Shown here in pieces: positions 1-12,858 of a stretch of DNA of 64,000 bases. Every line of letters starts with the position of its first letter. Within the stretch, counting starts at the first letter, position 1. The notes beneath the pieces were generated by a model. That model was not told the origin of the DNA and searched no databases. It saw only the letters and a list, made by a program, of their open reading frames with translations. The stretch comes from Octopus sinensis. Taxonomy: Eukaryota. The stretch lies in contig NC_043001.1 in assembly GCF_006345805.1 (NCBI RefSeq), positions 27,032,001-27,096,000 on the forward strand. Reading direction: 5' to 3'. A program made the translations under genes and the position numbers.

Positions 1-779
1 GTGCATATATAAGGATTTGTTAAGAATGGTACTCAGCTTGATTTCTGAGGATAAGTAGCTGTATCAGTGGTCGAAGTAAATAAAGGAAGAGAGGAAACCA
101 CTCTCTATTACCTGTGATTATAGCGTAATGGTGGTGGTGGTGGTTAATTTTTACTAATTAGCAGGTGATCTTTTTCATTGGATGCAGCCTAAGATGTTGA
201 GAGTGTAGCAGCAACAATGTCCCAAATCAGTGAACAATATTCTGCTGTAAGTTACATCTGAGCTTTGTTATGAGTCAAAACCCTTTCACAGTGGAGGTAT
301 TTTGTTGCTTCAGATGAGTATCCCAGTCTTTGAGATACAGTTTTGTTAACATTATAGATTAATAATTTGTAATGACTGAGATTTTTAGTGATGTGTCATA
401 CATGAATACAGAAAGGTGTTACATGAGATGACATTTTCCCCTTTTAGTGATATGTGTAAGGATTATGTCCTGGTATAGTTGAAGGAGACTGGGTCATCAT
501 GTCTCTACTGATGCATTTGCAGTTTCTGTTTCTTTAAATAATACATGCACGTGTGTCTATGATGGATGTGATTGGCATCCATATGCAGGATGCTGAAGGA
601 GCTTGCATAGGAGCGTATTTAGTGAGAGGTAATAACAAATAGTTTATTAATTTGCAAAAGTAAGAAATGTAGGACAAAACCAAATCTTATTGCTGAAAGG
701 AATGAAGGTGGTGAATTTGGTAGGTGAACTTTAAGTGTGTTGTTTTGGAACCAAGTTGCGGTTTTGGAACTTCCTCCAC

Positions 780-1090
780 AATACAAAAGCTACAACAAGT
801 TTTCCAAGATTTGGGTTACCAGATGTCTTAGTATCAGATAACATCCCACAATTCACTTCTCCGGAATTCACATTTTGTAAGAAAAATGGTATCAATCATG
901 TAAGGACTCCTTCATATCATCCTCGATCCAATGGATTAGCAGGGAGGTTTCATGAATACCCTTAAGTTTTCATTACTCAAAATTGAGGGGAGTAGTAAGT
1001 TAGAAGAGGATTTGCAACAGTTTTTTTAATGCACTACAGAATATCAACAAATTCTGTTGTGCCTGGGAGCAAGTCATCTGCAGAAATATG
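780..1090 (+). mobile_element. Ty3/Gypsy integrase relic (copy at about 4633-4943)
   Basis: [41 protein letters not shown] integrase core motif, followed by stops/frameshifts. Confidence 0.85.
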
Positions 1091-1363
1091 ATGAAACCTA
1101 GAAATGCAAAACATTCATCAAAAATAACTGGTATACTAAAGTACATGTGGGAAGATCTAGTATATGTACTTGGTACTTGACCTAGTCATCCCAGCTGGCA
1201 AGATGGTCAGGTGAGAGAAGTAACATCGTATATGAGGTATTAGTTGAACTTTTCACCTAATTCACTCTCATTTTCTTCTGCTTTATAAATGATATTATAA
1301 AAAAAAAACTGGTAGGTTATGAATCTTAAATAATGAAAATATAGAAATCAGAAGCAATCTTAC

Positions 1364-1415
1364 TTTCGTGATGATACTGAACAAAGCATTTTGTCACTAT
1401 TACAACTGATATTAC
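1364..1415 (-). CDS. Duplicate copy of exon 14 (LDLa N-half) inside the gap-flanking duplication; probably an assembly artefact
   Basis: Identical to 5217-5268 at offset 3853. Confidence 0.35.
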
Positions 1416-1739
1416 CTGGAAAAGAAAATATATGAAAATTATTTGAATTTACTGTCATTCATACTTTTTTTTAGGGATGAAGGCTGTAAAAAGTCAAATC
1501 CACCTCTGAATAAATCTATCACTTTTTATTAATTTCATAGTGATGGAAATCAAAGTTATGTCTAAAACAAATTTGAACTCAGAATGCAGTGATGTAAAAC
1601 TGAACACCAGAAAGTACAAGGTGTTTGGGCTAAATTTGACAGTTTGCATCAAAGGTAAAAGATACGATATCTCATCCAAAAATACAAGTATTTTAAAAAC
1701 TCTAAAAACATCAACTACATTATGGCTGGGTGATAGTAA

Positions 1740-2890
1740 TTAACTTAAAATAGCCAGCCTCAACTTTTATCACAGCCTCACAGCTACAGAACCTGGTGTA
1801 TGCATTCCTTACTATGTCCCTGTGAAGATCTTTGAACACCTCCTTGATCTTGGCTACCAGCTCAGACTTGGTGTTGCAGGCAGAGTGGCTGGTAGCTTTC
1901 TCAACTGCATCCCACATATAGTAACCCATGGGATTACAATCATGGGGAATTGAGAGGCCAGGAATTGGGGCTGGTGAAGATGTAGAAATTATTGGACAAC
2001 TACTCATGAATCTTCAGAGTGTATGGCAAGGAGATAAATCCTGCTACCACACACATGGCCTTCCGGTAGCCTCCCTCTTCAACCAGAGTTTGACTTCAGT
2101 CTGAATTGAGCTTAGATTCCTTTTCAAAGATGTGAAGTAGCATGGCATCACCCTCACTGGAGACACATCTTTTTATGGATGTTGTGTAACTGGTCTTGGC
2201 AGAGGTTCTTTTCATCTGGCAGAGGTTCTTTTCATCTTGGCAGAGGTTCTTTTCATCTTGGCAGAGGTTCTTTTCATCTGGCAGAGGTTCTTTTCATCTT
2301 GGCAGAGGTTCTTTTCATCTTGGCAGAGGTCTTGGCAAAGGTTCTTTTCATCTGGCAGAGGTTCTTTTCATCTGGCAGAGGTTCTTTTCATCTTGGCAGA
2401 GGTTCTTTTCATCTTGGCAGAGGTTCTTTTCATCTGGCAGAGGTTCTTTTCATCTGAGAAAAACCAGATCTTCTCCAGCTCACCAGGATGCCTCAGCTTG
2501 TTTAGGATCTTTATTGCTCTTATCAAGCAGTTCTCCTTGTCTTTGGCAATCAGAATCTGTCTATTGTACTTGTTATACAAGTAGTAGTGAAGATCCTCTT
2601 TCAGAGCCAGCTTCATGGTGGTTATTCCAACACCCACCTCTCCAGCCAAAAGCTGGATTCCCTTGTGATGCAGTTTTTGAATGAATTCCTGCATGCAGTC
2701 ACAAACTGTCTACTATATCCCTTCCTGCTGGCCACAGCTTCGTAGTCTCCATAGCAGCTGTCAATGATACACCTTCCAGCTTTTACAGTGTTCACAGAGT
2801 ATTGAGCAGCAACCATGATGCCAGAATTTTGATAACTGGCATGAATTGTCATGATACAGGTAACTCTTTTCGAATTTTCCAATAATGTCA
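1740..2890 (-). mobile_element. Degenerate Tc1/mariner-superfamily (maT/DD37D-like) transposase relic (copy at about 5593-6743)
   Basis: Fragments WFFSDEKN and DCNPMGYYMWDAVE...CNTK.EL.AKIK..F...(R)CEAVI..EAGYF. Confidence 0.8.
2197..2456. repeat. 19/20-bp minisatellite (T)TGGCAGAGGTTCTTTTCATC, about 13 units (copy at 6050-6309)
   Basis: Visible tandem array inside the transposase relic. Confidence 0.95.
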
Positions 2891-3332
2891 GCTAACTTTT
2901 TCTCAGTTACAGCTTTAATCTTTTTGCTCTCCAGTGCTGTTGACAGTTCACCTATACATCAAGCTATTCCTGAACCCAGATGAAAGAAAGATAAAAATGA
3001 TACCAGTGAAATTTGAACTCAGAACATTAAAAAGACAACTAAATATCAACGTGACTATGAATTCAATGACTATGGAAGAAAAACAGATAAGGTAAGAATT
3101 TTTTCAATATATCAGTTATGGAGATTTCACTAAAATGGATTTAATCAGTTGTATTTTATTTAACCCTGTGTGAAATGTTTGAACATGTAAAGAGTATGAC
3201 TTTATCCTCAATCACCTTCCATAGTTTTTGAGGCAATAATATTTAGTGTTCAGAATTGGTTGTCCTTTGGAACTTCCCAACAATTATGAACTGGTTGACA
3301 CTGCAGAATTTGTGGAAGAAATGGTTTAACTG

Positions 3333-3432
3333 NNNNNNNNNNNNNNNNNNNNNNNNNNNNNNNNNNNNNNNNNNNNNNNNNNNNNNNNNNNNNNNNNNNN
3401 NNNNNNNNNNNNNNNNNNNNNNNNNNNNNNNN
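3333..3432. other. Assembly gap (100 N)
   Basis: Run of n. Confidence 0.99.
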
Positions 3433-3510
3433 CTGTAATTATGATAAATTTTCTCTGATCATATTTTTCTACAATAAATGTCACTTTAAATTTTATATGA
3501 ATGCACTTAC

Positions 3511-3581
3511 CACAATTTTTTTCATCTTCTGAATCAGGGCAGTCAGCTTCTCCATCACATTTCCAAGAAATTGGGATGCAT
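3511..3581 (-). CDS. Coding exon 15: LDLa 2 C-half ([23 protein letters not shown]); gene continues beyond the window
   Basis: Canonical LDLa motif, 71 nt as in exon 11, acceptor ttataatag, donor G|gtaagt. Confidence 0.92.
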
Positions 3582-5216
3582 CTATTATAATATTTTTTAC
3601 ATGTATATATTAGAAATTAACTTTAACAATGCACATTTTCTTTTGTATTTAGTGAAAGGAATTCTGAATTTACAGCACTTGTGAATTTTCAGGTCCTCCA
3701 AGAATGGTGATGTAAATAATGTATTTGTATAAGTTGTACTATTGGTGCTAGTATTAAAACTGTATGCAGATAGGAAATTGTGAAGAACTGCATTTTAGTG
3801 AATAGTTTGAGAGGTGTTAAATACAGTAGATACAATGAATGAAAAAGAGGCAGGTGCATATATAAGGATTTGTTAAGAATGGTACTCAGCTTGATTTCTG
3901 AGGATAAGTAGCTGTATCAGTGGTCGAAGTAAATAAAGGAAGAGAGGAAACCACTCTCTATTACCTGTGATTATAGCGTAATGGTGGTGGTGGTGGTTAA
4001 TTTTTACTAATTAGCAGGTGATCTTTTTCATTGGATGCAGCCTAAGATGTTGAGAGTGTAGCAGCAACAATGTCCCAAATCAGTGAACAATATTCTGCTG
4101 TAAGTTACATCTGAGCTTTGTTATGAGTCAAAACCCTTTCACAGTGGAGGTATTTTGTTGCTTCAGATGAGTATCCCAGTCTTTGAGATACAGTTTTGTT
4201 AACATTATAGATTAATAATTTGTAATGACTGAGATTTTTAGTGATGTGTCATACATGAATACAGAAAGGTGTTACATGAGATGACATTTTCCCCTTTTAG
4301 TGATATGTGTAAGGATTATGTCCTGGTATAGTTGAAGGAGACTGGGTCATCATGTCTCTACTGATGCATTTGCAGTTTCTGTTTCTTTAAATAATACATG
4401 CACGTGTGTCTATGATGGATGTGATTGGCATCCATATGCAGGATGCTGAAGGAGCTTGCATAGGAGCGTATTTAGTGAGAGGTAATAACAAATAGTTTAT
4501 TAATTTGCAAAAGTAAGAAATGTAGGACAAAACCAAATCTTATTGCTGAAAGGAATGAAGGTGGTGAATTTGGTAGGTGAACTTTAAGTGTGTTGTTTTG
4601 GAACCAAGTTGCGGTTTTGGAACTTCCTCCACAATACAAAAGCTACAACAAGTTTTCCAAGATTTGGGTTACCAGATGTCTTAGTATCAGATAACATCCC
4701 ACAATTCACTTCTCCGGAATTCACATTTTGTAAGAAAAATGGTATCAATCATGTAAGGACTCCTTCATATCATCCTCGATCCAATGGATTAGCAGGGAGG
4801 TTTCATGAATACCCTTAAGTTTTCATTACTCAAAATTGAGGGGAGTAGTAAGTTAGAAGAGGATTTGCAACAGTTTTTTTAATGCACTACAGAATATCAA
4901 CAAATTCTGTTGTGCCTGGGAGCAAGTCATCTGCAGAAATATGATGAAACCTAGAAATGCAAAACATTCATCAAAAATAACTGGTATACTAAAGTACATG
5001 TGGGAAGATCTAGTATATGTACTTGGTACTTGACCTAGTCATCCCAGCTGGCAAGATGGTCAGGTGAGAGAAGTAACATCGTATATGAGGTATTAGTTGA
5101 ACTTTTCACCTAATTCACTCTCATTTTCTTCTGCTTTATAAATGATATTATAAAAAAAAAACTGGTAGGTTATGAATCTTAAATAATGAAAATATAGAAA
5201 TCAGAAGCAATCTTAC

Positions 5217-5268
5217 TTTCGTGATGATACTGAACAAAGCATTTTGTCACTATTACAACTGATATTAC
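5217..5268 (-). CDS. Coding exon 14: LDLa 2 N-half (NISCNSDKMLCSVSSR)
   Basis: C....MLC pattern parallel to exon 10; acceptor ttttcttttccag, donor AA|gtaaga; phase 1 to 2. Confidence 0.83.
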
Positions 5269-7199
5269 CTGGAAAAGAAAATATATGAAAATTATTTGAA
5301 TTTACTGTCATTCATACTTTTTTTTAGGGATGAAGGCTGTAAAAAGTCAAATCCACCTCTGAATAAATCTATCACTTTTTATTAATTTCATAGTGATGGA
5401 AATCAAAGTTATGTCTAAAACAAATTTGAACTCAGAATGCAGTGATGTAAAACTGAACACCAGAAAGTACAAGGTGTTTGGGCTAAATTTGACAGTTTGC
5501 ATCAAAGGTAAAAGATACGATATCTCATCCAAAAATACAAGTATTTTAAAAACTCTAAAAACATCAACTACATTATGGCTGGGTGATAGTAATTAACTTA
5601 AAATAGCCAGCCTCAACTTTTATCACAGCCTCACAGCTACAGAACCTGGTGTATGCATTCCTTACTATGTCCCTGTGAAGATCTTTGAACACCTCCTTGA
5701 TCTTGGCTACCAGCTCAGACTTGGTGTTGCAGGCAGAGTGGCTGGTAGCTTTCTCAACTGCATCCCACATATAGTAACCCATGGGATTACAATCATGGGG
5801 AATTGAGAGGCCAGGAATTGGGGCTGGTGAAGATGTAGAAATTATTGGACAACTACTCATGAATCTTCAGAGTGTATGGCAAGGAGATAAATCCTGCTAC
5901 CACACACATGGCCTTCCGGTAGCCTCCCTCTTCAACCAGAGTTTGACTTCAGTCTGAATTGAGCTTAGATTCCTTTTCAAAGATGTGAAGTAGCATGGCA
6001 TCACCCTCACTGGAGACACATCTTTTTATGGATGTTGTGTAACTGGTCTTGGCAGAGGTTCTTTTCATCTGGCAGAGGTTCTTTTCATCTTGGCAGAGGT
6101 TCTTTTCATCTTGGCAGAGGTTCTTTTCATCTGGCAGAGGTTCTTTTCATCTTGGCAGAGGTTCTTTTCATCTTGGCAGAGGTCTTGGCAAAGGTTCTTT
6201 TCATCTGGCAGAGGTTCTTTTCATCTGGCAGAGGTTCTTTTCATCTTGGCAGAGGTTCTTTTCATCTTGGCAGAGGTTCTTTTCATCTGGCAGAGGTTCT
6301 TTTCATCTGAGAAAAACCAGATCTTCTCCAGCTCACCAGGATGCCTCAGCTTGTTTAGGATCTTTATTGCTCTTATCAAGCAGTTCTCCTTGTCTTTGGC
6401 AATCAGAATCTGTCTATTGTACTTGTTATACAAGTAGTAGTGAAGATCCTCTTTCAGAGCCAGCTTCATGGTGGTTATTCCAACACCCACCTCTCCAGCC
6501 AAAAGCTGGATTCCCTTGTGATGCAGTTTTTGAATGAATTCCTGCATGCAGTCACAAACTGTCTACTATATCCCTTCCTGCTGGCCACAGCTTCGTAGTC
6601 TCCATAGCAGCTGTCAATGATACACCTTCCAGCTTTTACAGTGTTCACAGAGTATTGAGCAGCAACCATGATGCCAGAATTTTGATAACTGGCATGAATT
6701 GTCATGATACAGGTAACTCTTTTCGAATTTTCCAATAATGTCAGCTAACTTTTTCTCAGTTACAGCTTTAATCTTTTTGCTCTCCAGTGCTGTTGACAGT
6801 TCACCTATACATCAAGCTATTCCTGAACCCAGATGAAAGAAAGATAAAAATGATACCAGTGAAATTTGAACTCAGAACATTAAAAAGACAACTAAATATC
6901 AACGTGACTATGAATTCAATGACTATGGAAGAAAAACAGATAAGGTAAGAATTTTTTCAATATATCAGTTATGGAGATTTCACTAAAATGGATTTAATCA
7001 GTTGTATTTTATTTAACCCTGTGTGAAATGTTTGAACATGTAAAGAGTATGACTTTATCCTCAATCACCTTCCATAGTTTTTGAGGCAATAATATTTAGT
7101 GTTCAGAATTGGTTGTCCTTTGGAACTTCCCAACAATTATGAACTGGTTGACACTGCAGAATTTGTGGAAGAAATGGTTTAACTGCCAACATAAATACC

Positions 7200-7385
7200 A
7201 AAGTTTTTACAGTATTTACATTATTTATATTATTTACATTTGACAGATATTTGTCCTCATCTTGTTTGTTGTTACTACAACATTTCGGCTGATATACCCT
7301 CCAGGCTACATCAGGTGTCTTGGGAAAATTTCAAACCTGGGTTCTCATTCCATTGGTATTTTTCAATGTTGTTGTTGTTATTCTT

Positions 7386-7418
<33 letters not shown>

Positions 7419-7880
7419 TTTATCATTATTATTCAGGTCACTGCCTGGAATCGAACTCGCAATCATGGGGTTAGTAGGCCATGCTCTTAACCACTATGCC
7501 ACATGCCCATGGGCAATTATGGAGTGAATGAATTTTAGGGCTTATAAATCTAATCTTTTTCTATCTTTCCTTAATACTGGTTCCTATATGCTATTCATAT
7601 CTGCACTTGGTCTGATTAGGAGGTTGTTGTGTCCTAGCATATGTGCTGCTTCTTTTAGTTTTCGTATTTTCCAGTGGTGTTCTCTGTCTATTATTTTAAC
7701 TTCATCCCACAGGGGGAGGTGGTCTTCATTTTTCCATACATGATCAGCTAAACCGATTTATCAATATCTCCTCGTGTCACAGCTTTGTGATGTTGCTCTA
7801 CCCAAAGATTGCAAGTTCGATTCCAGGCAGTGACCTGAATAACAACAACATCGAAAAATACCTTAGGAATGAGAACTCTA
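7200..7880 (-). mobile_element. Penelope-like element 3' remnant with inverted partial pseudo-LTR
   Basis: Minus-strand translation LADHVW..EDHLPLWDEVKIIDREHHWKIRKLKEAAHM matches the GIY-YIG C-terminus of PLEs. About 7810-7876 is an inverted copy of about 7340-7460. Decayed hammerhead CTGATGT...CAGCCGAAA at about 7280-7315. Confidence 0.75.
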
Positions 7881-7957
7881 ACCACGTGGTTCTTTCTTCA
7901 GTCCCACTGCATGGCACCTAGGGCAAGTGTCTTTTACTCTAGCCTTGGGCCAACCAA

Positions 7958-8903
7958 AGCCTTGGTTGATGTAATCTGAAAGAAGCCTGTCATATACATG
8001 TGAGAGTGTGTATGTGTGTGTGTGTGTGTGCGTGTGTGTGTGCGTGTGTGCATGTGTGTGTGCGTGTGCATGTCTTTGTGCCCGTGTTTGTCCCCCATCA
8101 CAACTTGACAATTAGTGTTGGTGTGTAACTTAGTGGTTTGGCAAAAGTGACCAATAGAATAAGTACCTGGCTTTTAAAAAAAAAACTGGTATTGATTCAT
8201 TCAAGTAAAAATTGTTTAAAGTGGTGCCCCAGCCTGGTCGCAGTCTAATGACGGAAGCAAATAACAGATAAAAGGATAAAATGTCTTAATATCTAATTTA
8301 TCTCCTCTTTTGTATTGAGGAAAATATGATTAAACTGATTTCCTGCGCAGTAAGATTCCTGCTTTGCTTTCATCTATTAAGTATTACAATAGCAATATTA
8401 AACGAGTTCAAATTTTTGCCTTGAAGAAGAAGAAGCATCTGGACAATCATGAATAATCACAAGTTGCATTTAATAAGGAAAACAATGACAATAGCAACAG
8501 CAAGGCAACAACGCTTGCAGCAACAATAGCTGTACATATGACATTAGCCTTTTATACAAATTAAGAACAATGACATTAGCAGCAACAATAGTTAAAACAA
8601 CAATGGCAAGACCAGGAATAAGGACAGTATCAGTAACTACAACAGCATGCACTGCAGAAGCCATTAGAATCTATAATAACAGCTTTGTGATGTTCCTCTA
8701 CCCCATCATCATCATCATCATCATCACCATCACTATCATCATCATCATCATCATCGTCGTCATCATCATCATCATCATCATCATCAACATCATCATCATC
8801 AACATCATCGTCATCATCGTCATCGTCATCATCATCATCATCATCACCATCATCATCGCCATCATCGTCATCATCATTGTCGTCATCATCATCACCGTCA
8901 TCG

Positions 8904-8935
<32 letters not shown>

Positions 8936-11165
8936 GTCATCATCATCATCATCATCGTCGTCATCATCATCATCGTCATCATCATCATCATCATCATCAT
9001 CGTCATCATCATCATCATCATCATCAACATCATCGTCATCATCATCATCGTCATTGACATCATCATCGTCACCATCATCATCATCATTGTCGTCATCATC
9101 ATCATCACCATCATCATCGCCATCATCGTCATCATCATTGTCGTCATCATCATCACCGTCATCGTCATCATCATCATCATCATCGTCATCATCGTCATCA
9201 TCATCATCATCATCGTTGTCATCATCATCACCGTCATCATCATCATCATCATCATCATCGTCATCATCATCATCATCATCATCAACATCATCGTCATCAT
9301 CATCATCGTCATTGACATCATCATCGTCACCATCATCATCATCATTGTCGTTGTCATCAACATCATCATCATCGTCGTCGTCGGCAATGTCGTCATCATC
9401 ATCATCATCATAATTATCATCATCGTCATCATCGTCATCATCGTCATCGTCATCATCATCATCATCATCATTATCCAGTATCATCATTGTTATATTGCTC
9501 TAATTTAATTCTAATATTTCCATGTTCTGGCTAAGTATTGAACTAAGTTTAACGACTTTATTTTGTGTGTTCCCCTCGTGTCCTTTTAAATTCAACTTTT
9601 GACTGCCTTCTAATTTGCATACTGGTTTGTTTCGTAAGTGGCATGATATTTTTTGTACGTGGATCTTTAGGTTTTGCTTTTTTTTTTAATCAGCCTTGGT
9701 TGATGTAATCTGAAAGAAGCCTGTCATATACATGTGAGAGTGTGTATGTGTGTGTGTGTGTGTGCGTGTGTGTGTGCGTGTGTGCATGTGTGTGTGCGTG
9801 TGCATGTCTTTGTGCCCGTGTTTGTCCCCCATCACAACTTGACAATTAGTGTTGGTGTGTAACTTAGTGGTTTGGCAAAAGTGACCAATAGAATAAGTAC
9901 CTGGCTTTTAAAAAAAAACTGGTATTGATTCATTCAAGTAAAAATTGTTTAAAGTGGTGCCCCAGCCTGGTCGCAGTCTAATGACGGAAGCAAATAACAG
10001 ATAAAAGGATAAAATGTCTTAATATCTAATTTATCTCCTCTTTTGTATTGAGGAAAATATGATTAAACTGATTTCCTGCGCAGTAAGATTCCTGCTTTGC
10101 TTTCATCTATTAAGTATTACAATAGCAATATTAAACGAGTTCAAATTTTTGCCTTGAAGAAGAAGAAGCATCTGGACAATCATGAATAATCACAAGTTGC
10201 ATTTAATAAGGAAAACAATGACAATAGCAACAGCAAGGCAACAACGCTTGCAGCAACAATAGCTGTACATATGACATTAGCCTTTTATACAAATTAAGAA
10301 CAATGACATTAGCAGCAACAATAGTTAAAACAACAATGGCAAGACCAGGAATAAGGACAGTATCAGTAACTACAACAGCATGCACTGCAGAAGCCATTAG
10401 AATCTATAATAACAGCTTTGTGATGTTCCTCTACCCCATCATCATCATCATCATCATCACCATCACTATCATCATCATCATCATCATCGTCGTCATCATC
10501 ATCATCATCATCATCAACATCATCATCATCAACATCATCGTCATCATCGTCATCGTCATCATCATCATCATCATCACCATCATCATCGCCATCATCGTCA
10601 TCATCATTGTCGTCATCATCATCACCGTCATCGTCATCATCATCATCATCATCGTCATCATCGTCATCATCATCATCATCATCATCGTCGTCATCATCAT
10701 CACCGTCATCGTCATCATCATCATCATCATCGTCATCATCATCATCATCATCATCAACATCATCGTCATCATCATCATCGTCATTGACATCATCATCGTC
10801 ACCATCATCATCATCATTGTCGTTGTCATCAACATCATCATCATCGTCGTCGTCGGCAATGTCGTCATCATCATCATCATCATAATTATCATCATCGTCA
10901 TCATCGTCATCATCGTCATCGTCATCATCATCATCATCATCATTATCCAGTATCATCATTGTTATATTGCTCTAATTTAATTCTAATATTTCCATGTTCT
11001 GGCTAAGTATTGAACTAAGTTTAACGACTTTATTTTGTGTGTTCCCCTCGTGTCCTTTTAAATTCAACTTTTGACTGCCTTCTAATTTGCATACTGGTTT
11101 GTTTCGTAAGTGGCATGATATTTTTTGTACGTGGATCTTTAGGTTTTGCTTTTTTTTTTAATCAG
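7958..11165. repeat. Tandem duplication, unit 1733 bp (7958-9690; 9691-11165), each with a (CAT/CGT)n array
   Basis: Unique flanks identical at offset 1733; the arrays differ in length. Confidence 0.93.
8704..9472. repeat. Imperfect (CAT)n/(CGT)n trinucleotide array (shorter copy 10437-10944)
   Basis: Source of the poly-I/D/M/S pseudo-ORFs. Confidence 0.97.
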
Positions 11166-12026
11166 CATGTATTTCTTGAGTATATATTGCGTTGTATTTG
11201 CTCACATATTGACTCCCATTATTACCTTGAATTTGAGTAATGTAATCCAAGTTAATAATTCTGTATTAAAACATAATCTTCATCACAACCACCACCAACA
11301 CCACCACACCACCACCACCACCACAACCACCACCACCAACACCACCAACACCACCACCATCACCACCACCACCACCACCACCATCATCATCATTATCATC
11401 ATTTAACGTCTGTCTTCCGTGTTAGCATGGGTTGCACAGTTTGACAGGAGCTGGCCACCCAGGGAGCTGCACCAGGCTCCACTTGTCTGTTTCAGCATAG
11501 TTTCTATGGTTGGATGTCCTGTCTAATGCCAACCACTTTACAGAGTGACCTGGGTGTTTTATATGTAGAACCAGCATGGTTGCTGTCATTTGGTACTGGC
11601 ATGGGTGCTTTTTATGTGGCACCAGGAGTCATAGAGAAATGTCTTAATTTAGTAAGTCTGATGTCCAGAAAGTAAGAAATTATGTGCACAAAATGCAACA
11701 TAAAGTGATAGAAAGAAACCAGAAAACAATAATATCTGTTTTTGAAGCAGTTTAGCAGTAAGAAACTTCATCTAAATCCAAATTTAATTTCAAAGAATTT
11801 ATAATCTTCTGTAGCTGATTTTAAATCAAGTCCCACATGTAAAATCTGTCCTTTATTTTAGCTCATTAATTTTACAGTCAAATTAAGTTTTGCAGGAAAT
11901 ATTTACACTACAAACTGATTTATATTTCACCTTATAATGATCTGTTACTGTTGAAGTTTTCATTTAAACACTAATAATTGCCTGATTTTCTTCATTTGGT
12001 GTTTAAATTGTTTTTAAAATACTTAC

Positions 12027-12210
12027 GAGTAGTTGATGCCACTGTTGTAGGGAATGTAGTCACAGTTGATTCCACTGTTGTGCTTTCTGTAACATTTTTA
12101 CATTGATCAATTTTACAGTATCCAAACTTATTTTGGAAAGCTGGTGCTACCCAACACCATGGACGCTTATCATCATCAGGGTTTCGACAAAAATTGTGGT
12201 CTCCGATACC
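12027..12210 (-). CDS. Coding exon 13: kringle 2 C-half plus S/T linker (GIGDHNFCRNPDDDKRPWCWV...TTVASTT)
   Basis: Paralog of exon 9 (5 nt differences in 184), intact ag/gt sites, no stops. Confidence 0.88.
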
Positions 12211-12299
12211 CTAGAGGAAGTAGGAATGAAATTTAAAGTTACAAATGTTTATATTTTCATTTATATGTTGCTTGAGATATGTGTTAGATATATTTTGGC

Positions 12300-12345
<46 letters not shown>

Positions 12346-12346
<1 letters not shown>

Positions 12347-12796
12347 TAATGCCGATACACACAGATAGAGAAATTAAGGCCAACAGACCAGATATAATTG
12401 TCAGAGATCATGAAGAAAAAAAATGCTTTCTAATTGATGTATCAATACCGGCAGATGACAACGTGTCTCTAAAAGAAATGGAGAAACTTTCAAAATACAA
12501 AGACCTGAAAATAGAGGTAACCAGAATGCGGAATCTAAAAACAGAAACAATTCCTATCATAGTAGGTGCATTAGGCATGATAAAAAAATATTCAGACAAA
12601 TATATAACAAAAACACCAGGACTTACAAACACATATAACATACAGAAAATTGCACTACTAGGCACTGCACACATCCTACGCAGAACACTTTCCATACAAT
12701 AACCATCAGAGCATCACAACAAATCACAGCACATACCTAAGGCACACAGAGCTGTGCTCGGTAGTGAAGTGAAAGCACGCTATAAAAATAAAACTA

Positions 12797-12800
<4 letters not shown>
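12346..12800 (+). mobile_element. 5'-truncated R4/Dong-type non-LTR retrotransposon (restriction-like endonuclease C-terminus) inside (TAA)n
   Basis: TDREIKANRPDIIV......CFLIDVSIP.D.N....E.EK..KY.DL..E......PIIVGALG is the RLE (PD..D) motif; (TAA)n on both sides. Confidence 0.85.

Positions 12801-12858
<58 letters not shown>

Larger units (their letters stand above)
1..7185. repeat. Direct duplication 1-3332 = 3854-7185 flanking a 100-N gap
   Basis: Identical ORF translations at offset 3853; the left copy stops exactly at the gap. Confidence 0.95.

Noticed and set aside
2197-2456. CRISPR-like array (also 20963-21135)
   Set aside because: Repeats are contiguous with no unique spacers; eukaryotic minisatellites.
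8570-10980. Long poly-I, poly-D, poly-M and poly-S ORFs
   Set aside because: Translations of a (CAT)n microsatellite that is open in several frames; intronic, no splice or codon evidence.
12103-12702. 199-aa plus-strand ORF as a host gene
   Set aside because: Chance fusion of the antisense kringle exon, (ATA)n and a LINE endonuclease fragment.
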